Below are positions 47,360 through 60,028 of a DNA stretch of 64,000 nt, piece after piece. Within the stretch, counting starts at the first letter, position 1; every line of letters starts with the position of its first letter. Under the pieces are notes generated by a model. It was given only the letters and a program-made list of their open reading frames with translations, searched no databases and was not told the origin of the DNA. This stretch comes from Lobosporangium transversale (taxonomy: Eukaryota), in the NCBI RefSeq assembly GCF_002105155.1, contig NW_019029010.1, positions 248,001 through 312,000 on the forward strand, written 5' to 3'. The position numbers and the translations under genes were made by a program.

Positions 47360-48224
47360 TTAAAGTCTTTTTTTTTTATTGACATTTTGTTGTTCTTCAA
47401 ACAAAAGAGTTTCTGCGTCGGCTCGCTTTTTCAATAGATCATATAAAGCGGCATGGAAACGAAGGTTTTGGGCAGCCCACGGGGCGGTAGCATCGGTGCC
47501 TCTCGGCGTGCTTACTGTTTCTTCAAGTGAAAGCGAATGAACAGAGAGTTGATCTTCCCGATCTGATTGATGGACGGGGCGTGTAGGAGAGAGCGGTCGA
47601 GAGTGAAGGGGAGAGCGAGAGCGAGAGCGAGGAGGATGTGGGGATTTTTGGCGTGGGGAAGATGGCTTTAGGAAGCTCTGGCAAGGGGAAGATGGCTGTA
47701 GAGGACTCTGGTGAGGGGAAGAAGAGTGCGTGGGAGATAGGTTTCTGGGGGGGGTCTGGCGGCGCCGCTTGTTTTGATCGTCGTGTTGTTCCTGGTCGTC
47801 GTCGTCCCAATTAAGCGAACGCTTTTGAGATTGGGGAATTGTATCAAGGCTATCATCATCACATGACTGATTGAAAAAAAAAAAAAAAAAAAAAAAAAAA
47901 TTATTACTTTGTCTAGTCTTCACGTACAACCATATGACTATGATAGAGGCTGCCTTTACCTGGGAAGCAGGAGGGAATTGGTCGATTGAGGAGGATGAGG
48001 GCGAAAGTATTGTCTAAAAGAACGATACCAAATTCTCCTTAGTGTTAGTCAATTATAACTCTGATTCTCTGTTGATACCCAAGACTCAAAGTTAAATAGA
48101 AACTTACTTCACTGGTATTTGGGGTCAACACAGGTACTTTTACAGAGATCGTCTGACGACCTTGAGAACTTTTGGCAGTCTTGGCAGGCTTGGAAGTCTT
48201 GGTAATGGTGGAGGTGGAAGACAT
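47360..48224 (-). CDS. Helitron 2 3' accessory gene (S/P/R-rich, multi-exon)
   Basis: ATG at 48224, GT-AG-bounded pieces and a last exon ~47868-47360 with PSSP repeats; lies inside the Helitron ends. Confidence 0.45.
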
Positions 48225-48698
48225 AATGTATGAATGTACGTGTGTGAGAGCGAATGAGGAGTGTGTGTGAACTTTTTTTTTGTGTGTGTGTGTGAATTTT
48301 TGAAAAGAAAAAAAAAAAAAGAGGAAAAGATGGAAGAATCTAAATTTTCAATTACAAAAACTGGTATCACAGATGACGTTTACTCTACAGAGATGTACAA
48401 ATACACTTCTACTATTACAAAGATATACTAAAATACAGATACGCTAATTTACACTGATCATACAACATGTACACTAATTTACACTGGTCTTACAGCTATA
48501 TACAATAAATAACATTTCGGCCGAGTCGTGATGATGGATACAGATAGAGCAAGGGTAGTAAGAGCTGGAGATATAGATATCGTGGGAACAGCAAGGCATA
48601 GGCACAGTAGGAACAACAGAGACAGGGATAGTAGGGACCAGAGACAGAGGGGCGGCAGGGACTGAAGATGTCAGCGACTTTTTTTTTTTTTTTTTTTT

Positions 48699-51089
48699 TC
48701 AATCTTGAAGGACTTCTTGGTACACAATATTTCGCGTGTATTTACAAAGATCCCTTGAATCACCTTTGATAAGTACCTTCAAATGCTTGGGGTCTGTACA
48801 GCGAGAAAGAGCCACATAGAGCTGGCCATGACTAAAAACAGACCGTGGGAGGTATATGCCAACATTCTGAAGAGTTTGCCCTTGAGCCTTATTGATGGTC
48901 ATGGCGAAGGCAGGTTTCAAAGGGAATTGGCGCCGCTGGAATATGACTGGAGACGATCCATCATCAGTTGCATTGATATTGATTCGAGGGATGTAATGGA
49001 TCGCTCCTTTGAATATTCCCGTCATTATTTCAGCTTCGATGACTTTGTTTCCAAGTTTATGCACAATGAGACGCGTACCGTTACAGAGACCTTCCTTTGG
49101 GCTCAGGTTCCTTATGAGAATGATGGGCTGACCGATCTTTAATTGCAGTATACTGGGAGGCATTCCGGGAGGATTTAAAGAATTAAGAAATTCCACAGTG
49201 TATGTTGCTGCTACTGGGTCGTCAATATCAGGGATGGAATCTTGCCCATGATAGACCTTTGGAACGGTATGACTTGAAAATATCTCTGTTGCCAAATTGT
49301 TGAGCTTGTTGACATCCTCATTAAGTGTAGATAGAATAGCGCGCCCTTCCCAGTAACTTAGTGAGGGATTAGGATGAGCCTGCAAGTATGGGTATATCTC
49401 CGCAATGAGGTGCTTTTCATCAGAGTTATTAGGGTCAGGCTGCGTAGAGCTAAGAATACACTGTTCAGGCAGCTTGATGTAGTCGTTCTCTGGCCCAATC
49501 TGCCTTGTAGACTCTGTTCCATTTCCTACTCGAAGCAAGTAATCAATGAAGCCTTGAGCCTCTGGATTTGAGGAGCATTGTAAAATTCTCATGTTTATGG
49601 TGAGTCTTAGCGTTTTCACATCTCTCCAGAATGTTGATTTCTTCAAGCAAGCGTGCACAATATCTCCTCTTGACCCATTTCTTACAACAGGAAGCACTTG
49701 ACGGAAATCCCCTCCAAAGACCACAATTTTTCCGCCAAATGGCGCATCAACCTTTGTGAGATCTCTTATAGTCTTATCAACAGCCTCACAAACATGGCGA
49801 TGCTGCATAGCAGCTTCGTCCCAAAAAATCACATCTGTTTCTATGATCCTTTTTGCGATAACTTGCCCGTGCTTGATGTTGCAGGTCGAGTTCGGGTAGA
49901 TAGGGATAGGGACCTTGAAAGCAGAGTGGGCAGTGCTTCCCGAATTTAAGATTAATGCAGCTATTGCTGAGGAAGCTACCACAATGACTTGCTTTCTTAA
50001 GATGCCACGGATATAATCAATTGCTGTATTAAAGAGAAAGGTCTTTCCTGTTCCTCCGGGTCCATCGATGAAAAACAATCGCTTTGTATCCTTGCCTTTT
50101 CCGACAGCTCTTTTAATCTCAAGAAAAGCAGCCAGCTGATCCTGATTAAACTTAATAATATTGGTCTGGGCTCGGGTTGCAAGTTGGTCAAAAGTCTCTT
50201 CTAGATCATTGCTGTTTTGTAGGTGCAAATCCTCAATCTCTTGTGGCATCTCTGGAAAGTCAGCTAGACTGGAATCCATCCCTTTTAATATATTGTCGAT
50301 CTCATAGAGGGCTTGTTTCTCAGCTCTCTGGCGGAGGAAGTCGTCGTACCTGTGGATATCACCATCATTATTATCATCATCATCCCTAATAGACTGACGT
50401 AGAGTATGAAGCTTGTCCTCAGAAAGGGCCGAAGCAAATTCATCCCATAGACCACGAGGTTGAGAAATGTTGCAATGGTAAAGGAGCATTGAGAAAAGAT
50501 GACGCAGTCTTTTAGGGAATTGAAACTGGCATGCTTCTCGAAGGCAGTCTCGCCATTCGCTGTCGTCTTGCATATAACCAAGCGCTACAGCAGCTTCCCT
50601 AAAGGTGCCAAAGAGCCTATCATCCACTTTGCGGAGACACTCAAAGCTTTTTGCTCCCTTTTTGTGCAAAAGCAAGATTCTGAGAGAGAAAAGCTCACGG
50701 TCTTTAGGATGAACAACATACATTCGGGTTACCGTCTTGTCCTGCCTGTCATGTATTCTTGGTATCCATATTGGTGCCTGACCTTTTTTAGCTTCCCATC
50801 TGTAATGCAAGGGTATCTGAGGGTATGTATACTCATTTGCATCAGGATCTCTCCTATTCAGAGCAAACCATCCCATGAGCTGACTATTGGTATTTCGCTC
50901 GTCAAGCAGTGCGGCGAGGTTGTCGTCTTCACTAAAAATAACATTTTGATGGCCCTCGAGGTGGACTTGAAGACGTATGACTGTGTGTGACAGATCAAAC
51001 ATCTTGAACGCAAAGATCCTCCATATTGATTCACAAGCAGAGATATAGCGTGCATCCCAGTATTCCTTGATCTCATCGTGAGACTGTAA

Positions 51090-51122
<33 letters not shown>

Positions 51123-53147
51123 ATCATTTCCTCCAACTACAGTCACCCTTGCACGATCTTGTCCCTTGTGCACATACTTGTACAAATACTTTACTGATGT
51201 GATTGAAGAACAAATCTCGACATTTATATGAGCGTTGTACTTCGTTAATAAATAAGGATTGTATGGCACAACCCAATGATTATCGACAGCGAAGTCGATA
51301 TTATTGCGGCGGACCATATGTGCCCCGGTATCACGTCGCCTATAGAACGGATAGCCATCTTCTCTTAGAACTGACTCCGCTAAGAGTTGCCGTGGGTATT
51401 TCTTGGTGCAGACATTGGACTCCATACAGGGAGATTTGATTCCAGGACCGCAAGGGCCATGGATCATTGTCGTCATCATAGTTTTGTACAAATTAGGGTG
51501 TCTAAGCGGGTCAGGGATCTCAGCGCAAACGATGTTGTCAATATCCTGAGCTGTACGTGGCTTATCTTCTTCGTCTAGGGTCAGTAGGATATGAGCGTGT
51601 GGTAGTCCTCGCTTTTGGAATTCGGTTGCAAGACAGTATCCGATAACTTTTCCAAGGACATATTTTTCAGTAAGGTCATGCATAAGAGCCTCGAGCTTGA
51701 CCTTGAATATCCTATCCAACAGATCGGGACGATCATTTGGGGTCTGTCCAGCATACCCCTGTCTTGCAATTTCATGTTGAATCTCTGGCCATTGTGGATT
51801 GCAAGTGAAGGTAATAAATAGATCCGGCCTAGCTACATGTTGAGTCATAGCCATTGAGTCTTGGAATCGCTGTTGCATATCACGAGGTCCTCCAGTAATG
51901 GAAGAAGGTAGGATGATACTTTTGCCAATGTTAGACGCTGATGATACATTATTATCGTGGACTGCATCAACGATGCCCTTATAAAGATCTGCACGAAGCT
52001 TTACTTGATGCATTTCTATATATCGAAGTCGATCGCTCATAATTTTGCACTCTTGGTCGACGCAATATTGATGGCTGAGACGACCAAACATCCAAAAGTA
52101 GCAACGGTTATCTGTGTCGCTCATTGGTTGTGCTTGCAATCGATAAGAATAGAACTCACGTGCAGATATCCTCTTGTCAGCGTCAGCGTCTTGCCCATGT
52201 CGGTGGTAACAATTATAGGTCCAGCCAAGATCGCCCTGGGGATGAAGAAGAACGTATGCCAAGGGATCGTAGGCATCTTGTGTTTCAAAGATTCTTTTCA
52301 ACCCTGTGCCCTTACTCTCGACAATAATATCTCTGGGATCGGTCGCGTTTTCTTCGCCAGGGAGCAAAGCAGCAATCTCAAAAGAGGAGGGTAGATCATA
52401 TTGTCGGCGACTTCGGTCACTTTTTAAAACAAAGCTCTTCTCAAGGACTGCATGGCCGCCCTCACGCTCGCGGATGGTTTTTGTAGTGCTGAGCGAACGG
52501 ATTTCTGCAATCTTCCAACCACTGCTGAATTCTTCTTAAGAGGTCTATCCTTAGATCGTTATCAAATATTTCTCTCCGACGGATAGCCTGTTCATTAGGG
52601 TCGAGGAAGTAGATCTGTGCAAATTTTGCTGGCTGATTGTCTGGAGGTAACAAAGACCCGATCTTGTGAACCACCGTTCCGTTGATCCGGAATGTATATA
52701 CACCACTTTTAGCATCCGCAAGTTCATGGTCGTAGTTGGCGCCCATCGAAACATACGAAAGTGAAGAGTTGTACTTTCTGATGTGGGACTGGAAGTGGCG
52801 GCTTTCCTCAGAGTTGCCACTAATGAGGTTAAGTAGCTGAGGAATTGGACGAAGTTTAGGGAGCCTGATTTTGTTATTCTTACAGCAGAGCGAGAACTCT
52901 GGTTCATGGATGGTGGAGGCTTTAAGACGCTCTTCAAGCCATAAGAACGCCTTACAGTGCCTGCATTGGGTCATTTCATTAATCGTAAGCCTGTGTGAGA
53001 CAGGATCGATGCTGTTGCCAGTCACCATCTCTTCACGAAATTCATCTATTGTGACATAAGCGATGCCTCTTGAATTGATTCTGGCTCTGTGTCTATAGGG
53101 AGGGGTGCTGAAATATACATTTATGAATGAAATAAAATAAAGCTGAT

Positions 53148-53181
<34 letters not shown>

Positions 53182-53856
53182 TACCTTATTGAAAATTGCC
53201 CTTAGAAAATAATAAGTACTTACCGGAAATCAGTCTCAGTTTCTGCCTCTTGACGGGAAGCTCGATCCCGGCGTTGCATATCTTCGCGGACATTTAGGGC
53301 TTCTGAAGATTGATCTGCCGGTACAGCAGCCCTATATCCATGATTTTACCAAAAGACGTAGTTAGTATCCAATAGTCATAGTCTTTTAATATATATTAAT
53401 ATATATATACTCATATTATTCATATATATTAAGATTTATTCAGCCATCTCATCTAACTACCTATTTTCAGGCAGAGTGGCTCGGATTTGAATGTTCTTTG
53501 GATTGAGAGGACATGAACTATGTGTACTCCTTGAGTGCAAAATGCTCCCGCATTTGCATGGTTTATTTGCTAATCTGGGGTCGGTGTATGGTATTATTAT
53601 TATGTACATAATGATATATATAGTACAATATGATAATAATATATAGAAGAAAATAGTAGTGATAATAAGCTTGTAAGTGCGTAAACGTTTATACCACATA
53701 CAATATTTAGTATCATATTGTATGGCTTAGCAATAAAATGGAGTTTGTTTGGACATACCGATAGTTCGGGCATGCTGTATTCGAAGATCTTTTGTGATCG
53801 GTGCGCCCGCAACTACGACAGGGTGTGACATTTGTAGTGGGTAAAGAGGATGACAT
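48699..53856 (-). CDS. Helitron 2 RepHel (Zn knuckles + HUH Rep + PIF1 helicase); one +1 frameshift at ~52480
   Basis: 5' exons CRSCGRTDH...C and CKCGSILH...C. Rep: PDLFITFTCNPQW, EFQKRGLPHAH, KYLYKY. Helicase: DGPGGTGKT, WDEA, GDFRQ, TINKAQGQT, YVALSR. Removing one T from 52478-52482 fuses ORFs 52462-53028 and 48699-52367. Confidence 0.92.
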
Positions 53857-53981
53857 GATATTTTGGTTTTAATAGAGGAGTTTTCTAAGGAAATGTTGGG
53901 TATAAAGGATGAAGTGATATTTTGACTTTGATGGAGAAGTTGTCGAAGGAAAATAAACATGATGATTTTGGATCAACACTG

Positions 53982-54016
<35 letters not shown>

Positions 54017-54436
54017 ATCCCTTATAATATTTACCGCTTTTTTCCCATTACTCCACCCAATACTTTTATGCCAACTATCTCTCGAACCGTTTATTGCATA
54101 AATTTGTGCAATAACCTTATTTTTTCTTAGTTTTTCAAATATTCATTAAGTTGCCCCCTTCAACACCCAGCCATTCTTATTCTCGCTCAATATTGTTATT
54201 CTAAAACGCTGATTGAATTGATTTGTGGCTGATTTCTACATCCTCCCTTTGTTACAAGCAAATTAATTGGCTGCAACGCTTTCGAAAAATGTAAGATTGT
54301 GGTGTTACGGTTTAAAGGATAGATCAAATATAAGGTTAGTGAAGGACCTTTTAATTATTATTATCATTAAAAGTCTTTTATATAGACTTAAGGTCATCAA
54401 CACTGTAACAACGATTATCAAAAGACTGGAGATCGT

Positions 54437-54757
54437 TTATTTCTCTAATGATGCGAATGCCCTCTCAACCTCGTATGGATCCAAGTCGCCAAGTCTTTCC
54501 CACTCTTGTTCCCATTCTTGTTCATACGGATCTTCTTGCCGAGCCTTTTGGTCTTCCTTAGGGGCAAAAGGAGAGGTTTCGTTTTTCTCTGTCTTGATTT
54601 TTTTTATAGTGGTGGGTGAGGAACTCGCTTCATCTCCTTGCTTTCTTTTGCCTCTTGCTAGGATGGCTGGAGATGAAGATGAGGCTTGAGTCCTCTTCAA
54701 AGCTTGACTTCTTGTCGAATGAGTCGAATAAACTTTTGTTACAGAGTGGTTCTCCAT
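54437..54757 (-). CDS. Helitron 2 5' accessory ORF (106 aa, basic then acidic)
   Basis: ATG ORF upstream of RepHel, at the position equivalent to 8218-8820 in Helitron 1. Confidence 0.4.
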   Translation of the reverse strand: MENHSVTKVYSTHSTRSQALKRTQASSSSPAILARGKRKQGDEASSSPTTIKKIKTEKNETSPFAPKEDQKARQEDPYEQEWEQEWERLGDLDPYEVERAFASLEK

Positions 54758-55854
54758 GTTAAAATGTAAAAAGTTTGAGATATATGAATGATTTGAGTGA
54801 AAGTGTAAATTATTTATGAGAGATGGTCTGAGTAAAAATGTAGCAGAGCGAGCTAGAGTTATGGTATTGTAGGTGGATGTTCAGTTCATTCATCTTTATT
54901 TTATAGTTGAGAAAAAAAAAAAAAAAAAAAAAAAAGAAAACTAAAGAAAACGAAGGCGTATGGAATATCAAGCATTTTGCTGGGCGCATGCCATGTCTCT
55001 CTATTGAAGAACGAACAGCTATGGAATGTCAAGCATTTTGCTGGACACATGCCATGTCTTTCTATTAAAAAATGAAAATGTATATGAATGAAATGTTAAG
55101 CATTTCGTGGGGCGTAGGTCATGTATAAATGTGTTTCTCTACATTATTATTTTAGAAAACTAACACGATATGCAGTGGTCCTCTTGACTTAATTATAGTC
55201 ATGTTTCTTAGCACTCATGGCACAAGTTAGATTTGTCTGTAAGGGAAAAGGAGCTAAAGTGGAGAAGGAAGGTTTCTTATAGAAAAAAAGCGCGTTCCAT
55301 ATGAAATATCAAACATTTCACAGGAGCATTGTCATTGTCATTGCACAGACCATGTTTCTCTATGAAAATTAATTTGTTAAAAAATAAATCTCTTTGTTTT
55401 CTAACAGTCATGTTTCTGTCATATATTTTTATCATGCCACATGAATGTATCGACACTTGAAGGAATTCATGTTTGAGGTTAAAGCATATGATATGATCAA
55501 GGCTTATAGGTAGTGTTTGAAGGAGCTCAATTGTTGTTTTATTATTATTACTATATTATTATTATTATTATTATATAAAATAAAATTCTTATTATTATTT
55601 TTATGCATCAATGGTTCAATGGCTGATGGTAGAAGCAGGCCATGATTGAAGGCTGATTATTTTTTTTTTTTCAATGCATCATGATTGAGATGATTGAGAT
55701 GATTGAGATCTGGTTGGTTATTATTTGTAATGTAAAGCCCAAAGTTGCGCTCTCATGATGATCGCTCATAATCATGATTGAGGTCACATGATGATTGGGT
55801 CACATGATTGAGGTCCGATGATTGAAGTATGTATGCTCATTTCCTGAAGGGCAC

Positions 55855-55975
55855 ATGAAAATGGAATGACATGAAATGAAAATGGAATGACATGAAATGA
55901 AAATGGAATGACATGAAATGAAAATGGAATGACATGAAATGAAATGAAATGAAATGGAATGGAATGGAATGGAAT
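55855..55975. repeat. Minisatellite (ATGAAAATGGAATGACATGAA-like units, then GAAAT/GGAAT) inside the Helitron 2 5' end
   Basis: Four ~21-bp units followed by pentamer runs. Confidence 0.85.
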
Positions 55976-56340
55976 TTATTTTAGATTTATGGACGGACGT
56001 ATCATAGAGCAAGAATTATGAAACTATGAAATGAAATATATCATATAATAGAGCAAGATCTATGAAATATATCATATAATAGAGCAAAGATCTATGAAAC
56101 GAGTTATTACGATAAGGGAGAAACCATTTCGACTTTAGTATATAGATGAGCTTTTATTCATTATAAAAATGGTAAAAGTAATCATTTAGACTGAACATGA
56201 TTCAATTGGCTCTTATAGAGCTATGGCGTCATTCAATGACACCAATGGCGGGATGCTAAAATGCAAGAGAACCTTCACCAGCAATGGCTTTTCAATGTAA
56301 CGAGATGAGCATGGTAAATGAATGTCAAAAAGCGTGCAAT

Positions 56341-56449
56341 CAGGGCTCCTATTCGAGACCCGAATGAAATTCGAATGCATAAATGAAAGGGTGAAAAAAA
56401 TATTTTACAGTGCATTCGAATCCTATTCGAGTCTCGAATAGGAGCCCTG
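56341..56449. mobile_element. 109-bp hAT-type MITE
   Basis: TIR CAGGGCTCCTATTCGAGACYCGAAT. 8-bp TSD CGTGCAAT (56333-56340) / CGTGCGAT (56450-56457). Absent from the homologous repeat at ~28430. Confidence 0.88.
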
Positions 56450-56499
56450 CGTGCGATTGGTAGTCATTTTTGCGGTCTACTGTAATTTGCTTCTGATTA

Positions 56500-56805
56500 A
56501 AAATTCATTTCCGATTTAATTTGAGTTGGTATGATTTAATTTACGTCCGATTCAATTTACTTCCATTTTAAATTTGTTTCGGATTTAAATTAGTTTCGGA
56601 TTTAATTTAATTCCATTTTAAATTAGTTTCGGATTTATTTTAATTCCATTTTAATTTATCTCCACTTTAATTTATCTCCATTTTAATTTATCTCCATTTT
56701 AATTTATTCCCACTTTAATTATTTTCCAGTTTAATTCAATCCCAAGTTAATTAAAATCCCATTATTTTAATTCCAGTTTAATTTTATTCCAATTTTAATT
56801 TTTCC
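56500..56805. repeat. AT-rich degenerate array (ATTTAATT..TTCC units)
   Basis: Many imperfect ~15-bp units. Confidence 0.75.
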
Positions 56806-57033
56806 CAAACTTGCTGTACATCTTAGCTTAAGGGCTAAAATATACACAAAAGAAGATAGGACAGAATGAAGAGTATCAAGAGAGAAAGGTTATAAACTGA
56901 GTTAAAAGATAAATGGCAAGATGAACTTACATACACTATTATGCAAAACTGATTCATTAATTCATTCCCATGTGCATTTCTTTTTTTCTTTCCTAGAAAC
57001 CGTATATGCATACACCACTCATACTTTGGTTTA

Positions 57034-58404
57034 ATGCGTTGTGACATTAGCTTGTCTCATTTGGAAAGCTAATGACTTTTTTGTTCATTCAGGTCATTGA
57101 ATCAGTTTCACATGTGCTCATTCGGTGGCCAAAGATCTTTATACTTTTGTGAGCCATAACCTTACATCAATAGATAGTATTCCAACCATGGGCATCACTG
57201 ACAGCTTGGAGTCTCTTATGGATACCTATGATGAGTTTGCGGCAGAAGTCCACTGGGATCCTGTACCATTCAACCGATATTCGCTCCCATAGTTCATCAC
57301 AGCTCTTAGCTCGCTCCGGATACCTAGAGAGCCGCCTATCCAATTCTGCCCACATGTGTTCAATAGGGTTGAGGTCAGGGGATTGTGCTGGCCACTCTAG
57401 AAGTGTACCTTCCTCTTCTGTCAGATGTACTGACTCCAAATACTTCCTAACAATCTTCGCCGTGTGCTTCGAGTCATTGTCGTGCTGAAAGACGATATCG
57501 CTTTTAGTTAGGCCCCAGTCATCAAGCGACATCTGTAGATCCTCCTGCAGTAGTTTGATGTAAAGTTGTGCGTCCATATTATTGTCAATCTTTGCAATGT
57601 ATCCAGGTCCGTACCATGAGAATCATGACCACACTTTAACATTACCACCCCCAAACTTGACAGTGCCTTGCACCGACCTGCGAGTGAGGCGTCCCGGGTT
57701 GTCGTCCCAGATCCACTGCACGCCATCAGAGCAGATTCGGTTTATTTTCGATTCATCTGACCAAATAACCTTTTTCCAATCTTCCAGAGTCCATTCCTTA
57801 TACTTTTTGATAAAATGCAAACGAGCTTTAATATGCCGTCGAAGTAAAGCTGGCTTATGTACACGCCTCTTTGCTGTCAATCCTAACTCCTTGAGCCGTC
57901 GTCTAACGGTGGTCTCAGAAACAGCCGCTGGTATGAGCTGGTTGGCTCTGACGGTGGCCTCAACTGCAGACTTGAGTGTACCTCGTTTCATGTTCACCTT
58001 AAGATACTGCATGATACCTCTAGGTACTTTCCTTGGTCGACCGCCTTTATTGACTGGCATGTGCTCCTTATTATGTGCATAGATCCTGGTGGCCGTCGCT
58101 ATTGATATACCAACACTAGCAGCAGTTTCTCTAGTAGACATGCCTCCCATCATTAACCTCCTGGCTTCGTTGACTTTCCTTTGTGGAGTGGGTCTCATAT
58201 TTTGTGAAGGTATAGTTAAGAGAGAGTGAAGCAAGTGTTCATAAAGGAAAGAGAGAAAAGTCCTTTTTTTACTGGCATTAAATGACGTCCAAAAGTTGTC
58301 ATGGGCAACATATTAGACCACATGTGAAACTGATTCAATGACCTGCATGAACAAAAAAGTCATTAGCTATTCAAATGAGACAAGCTAATGTCACAACGCA
58401 TCAC
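57034..58404 (-). mobile_element. Tc1-family DNA transposon (defective)
   Basis: ~83-bp TIRs ATGCGTTGTGACATTAGCTTGTCTCATTTG...CACATGTG (57034-57116, 58319-58401); left tip clipped. Confidence 0.9.
57167..58198 (-). pseudogene. Tc1 transposase (DD39E spacing) with premature stop
   Basis: GGRPRK, WKKVIWSDES, VKFGGG, QHDNDSKH, WPAQSPDLNPIEHMW; in-frame TGA at 57623-57625 (VWS*FSW). Confidence 0.92.
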
Positions 58405-60028
58405 TATGACGTAGAAGAAGACGGGAGCTTTATTAAACCAAAGTATGAGTGGTGTATGCATATACGGTTTCTAGGAATGAAAAAAAGAAATGCACATGGG
58501 AATGAATTATTGAATCAGTTTTGCATGATAGTGTAGCGCAGAGACCAAATATCTAAAGCATCGATATCCATCGTGCGGATAAACTGAGTCATGTAGCATT
58601 AAATCCACGAAATCCAGCTGGCGTTTCGTTGGGGCCATGAAATCTCCAATGCACAACTTTTTAAAATCATCAAGCTGGGTAGAAGAGCTTGTTGTCTCTG
58701 TCATTGGCATTGATGATATAGGAAAGAACCAACTATTGCTATAGAAAAATTTGCTTACAATAGTTAAGCAAAGTGTAATGGGCGTACATGACTTTTGTAG
58801 GTTCAAAGGCATGAAATCAAGGAGGTAACTCACAGCAGTTGCTTTTGATTAATAAGGTCATCCTTGCTCCAAGTGCCAAGAAGATGTTTCGTATGAGTAT
58901 AAAGCTCGCTGAGAAGTGAAGATAAACCTGGCGTTGGAAGGAGGATCATCTTCGACGCATCATGGCCGTACTAAGCAGGACATATAAACAAGGAAGCACA
59001 ATGCGCGATCGCAGGTTAAGCACTATTCATAAACATGAGCAATTGACAAGCCACCATTTACTGTCACTTTACTTACGTGATGATAGGGATCCTTAATTAA
59101 ATCGCAGAAGGCTTGTTTCATTAAGTGCAGCAGTCTCCTCATCCACCTCATCCACCTCTCCGAGATTGTCGCTGTCCGCCTGTGCATCGGTCTCTGGATC
59201 GGGTCCTTCATCAGTCAATTTCGGGTTGCTTGTGCTTCGATCACTGGCTTCGGTTTTAGTGAGCAATTCACCAGAAGCTGTGGTGCCGTATCATTTTGAA
59301 TATGCATAAATTAGCGATAAGTTGGTGTTAGCCCAAAAAAAAAAAAAGCACATACTTTATGGAGCATTGGACAAATTCATACTTCGTGAAGCTGTGTCCT
59401 TTATGTTAACTTGAGTGTCTTTCAAATCTTCCTCTTCATCTCACAAATCATCCTGCACCTGCTTGGCTTGTGTTTGTTGCTTTAGCAGCAAGAGTTCGAT
59501 CTCGTCATCGCTTTCCTCATCTATAAATAGCACATACAGAAGCATCTTAGAAGGTGCGGGGGAATATTGAGTATTTTTCAAAAGAAGCTCAGTCAATGAG
59601 TTACCATTGGAGCTCCTTGTTCAATGAGGCATTCTCGCTTTCATAATCTCTGCGTCGCCGTTTGGTCATCACTTCGTCAATAATATCATGTAGCTTCCGA
59701 TAGTTTTTCTTAAATCTCTTTTGGGACAGTTGCTCAAGAAAGAAGTCCTTTTCATACAGTGCATCCTGGCCTGTTTGCCAAACAACATTAAGTCTAGTAG
59801 AAGCTTTTCAAATACCGTGATGACGACTACCACCAAGATACTTTCTCGCGATACTCCACTCTTGGCGAGCCTTGATTTTGCTCATGTTTTGATTTTTAGA
59901 CCAATTTTAAAAACCCGGATAGTTGAAGTCCTGTGGGCCATTGCATGATTGGAAGTAGGCTTTTGTGGATAATTTTTCGAACTCGTTGCGCCAGTGTTCC
60001 TTATACTTCGCAATCTACATATTTCCAT
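58405..60028 (-). pseudogene. Degenerate multi-exon gene truncated by the Tc1 insertion; N-terminus resembles that of 24967-27571
   Basis: YFQSCNGPQDFNY...RQEW...ASTRLNVVW resembles YFKGTQPTHYDF...EREW...TATRLEKTW; several stops. Confidence 0.4.

Larger units (their letters stand above)
47217..56146 (-). mobile_element. Helitron 2 (full length, 8930 bp)
   Basis: Minus strand 5' A|TCTATATACTAAAGTC at 56146. 3' hairpin GCGACCGTGAGCGAAGCCACGGGTCGC, then CTAG|T at 47217. A|T insertion site with RepHel inside. Confidence 0.93.

Noticed and set aside
48783..52539. Numerous short ORFs antisense to RepHel (likewise antisense to the DIRS, YR and transposase genes)
   Set aside because: Shadow frames of real coding sequence with no motifs.
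55940..55975. Telomeric or satellite-III-like GGAAT repeat
   Set aside because: Very short and internal to the Helitron 2 minisatellite.
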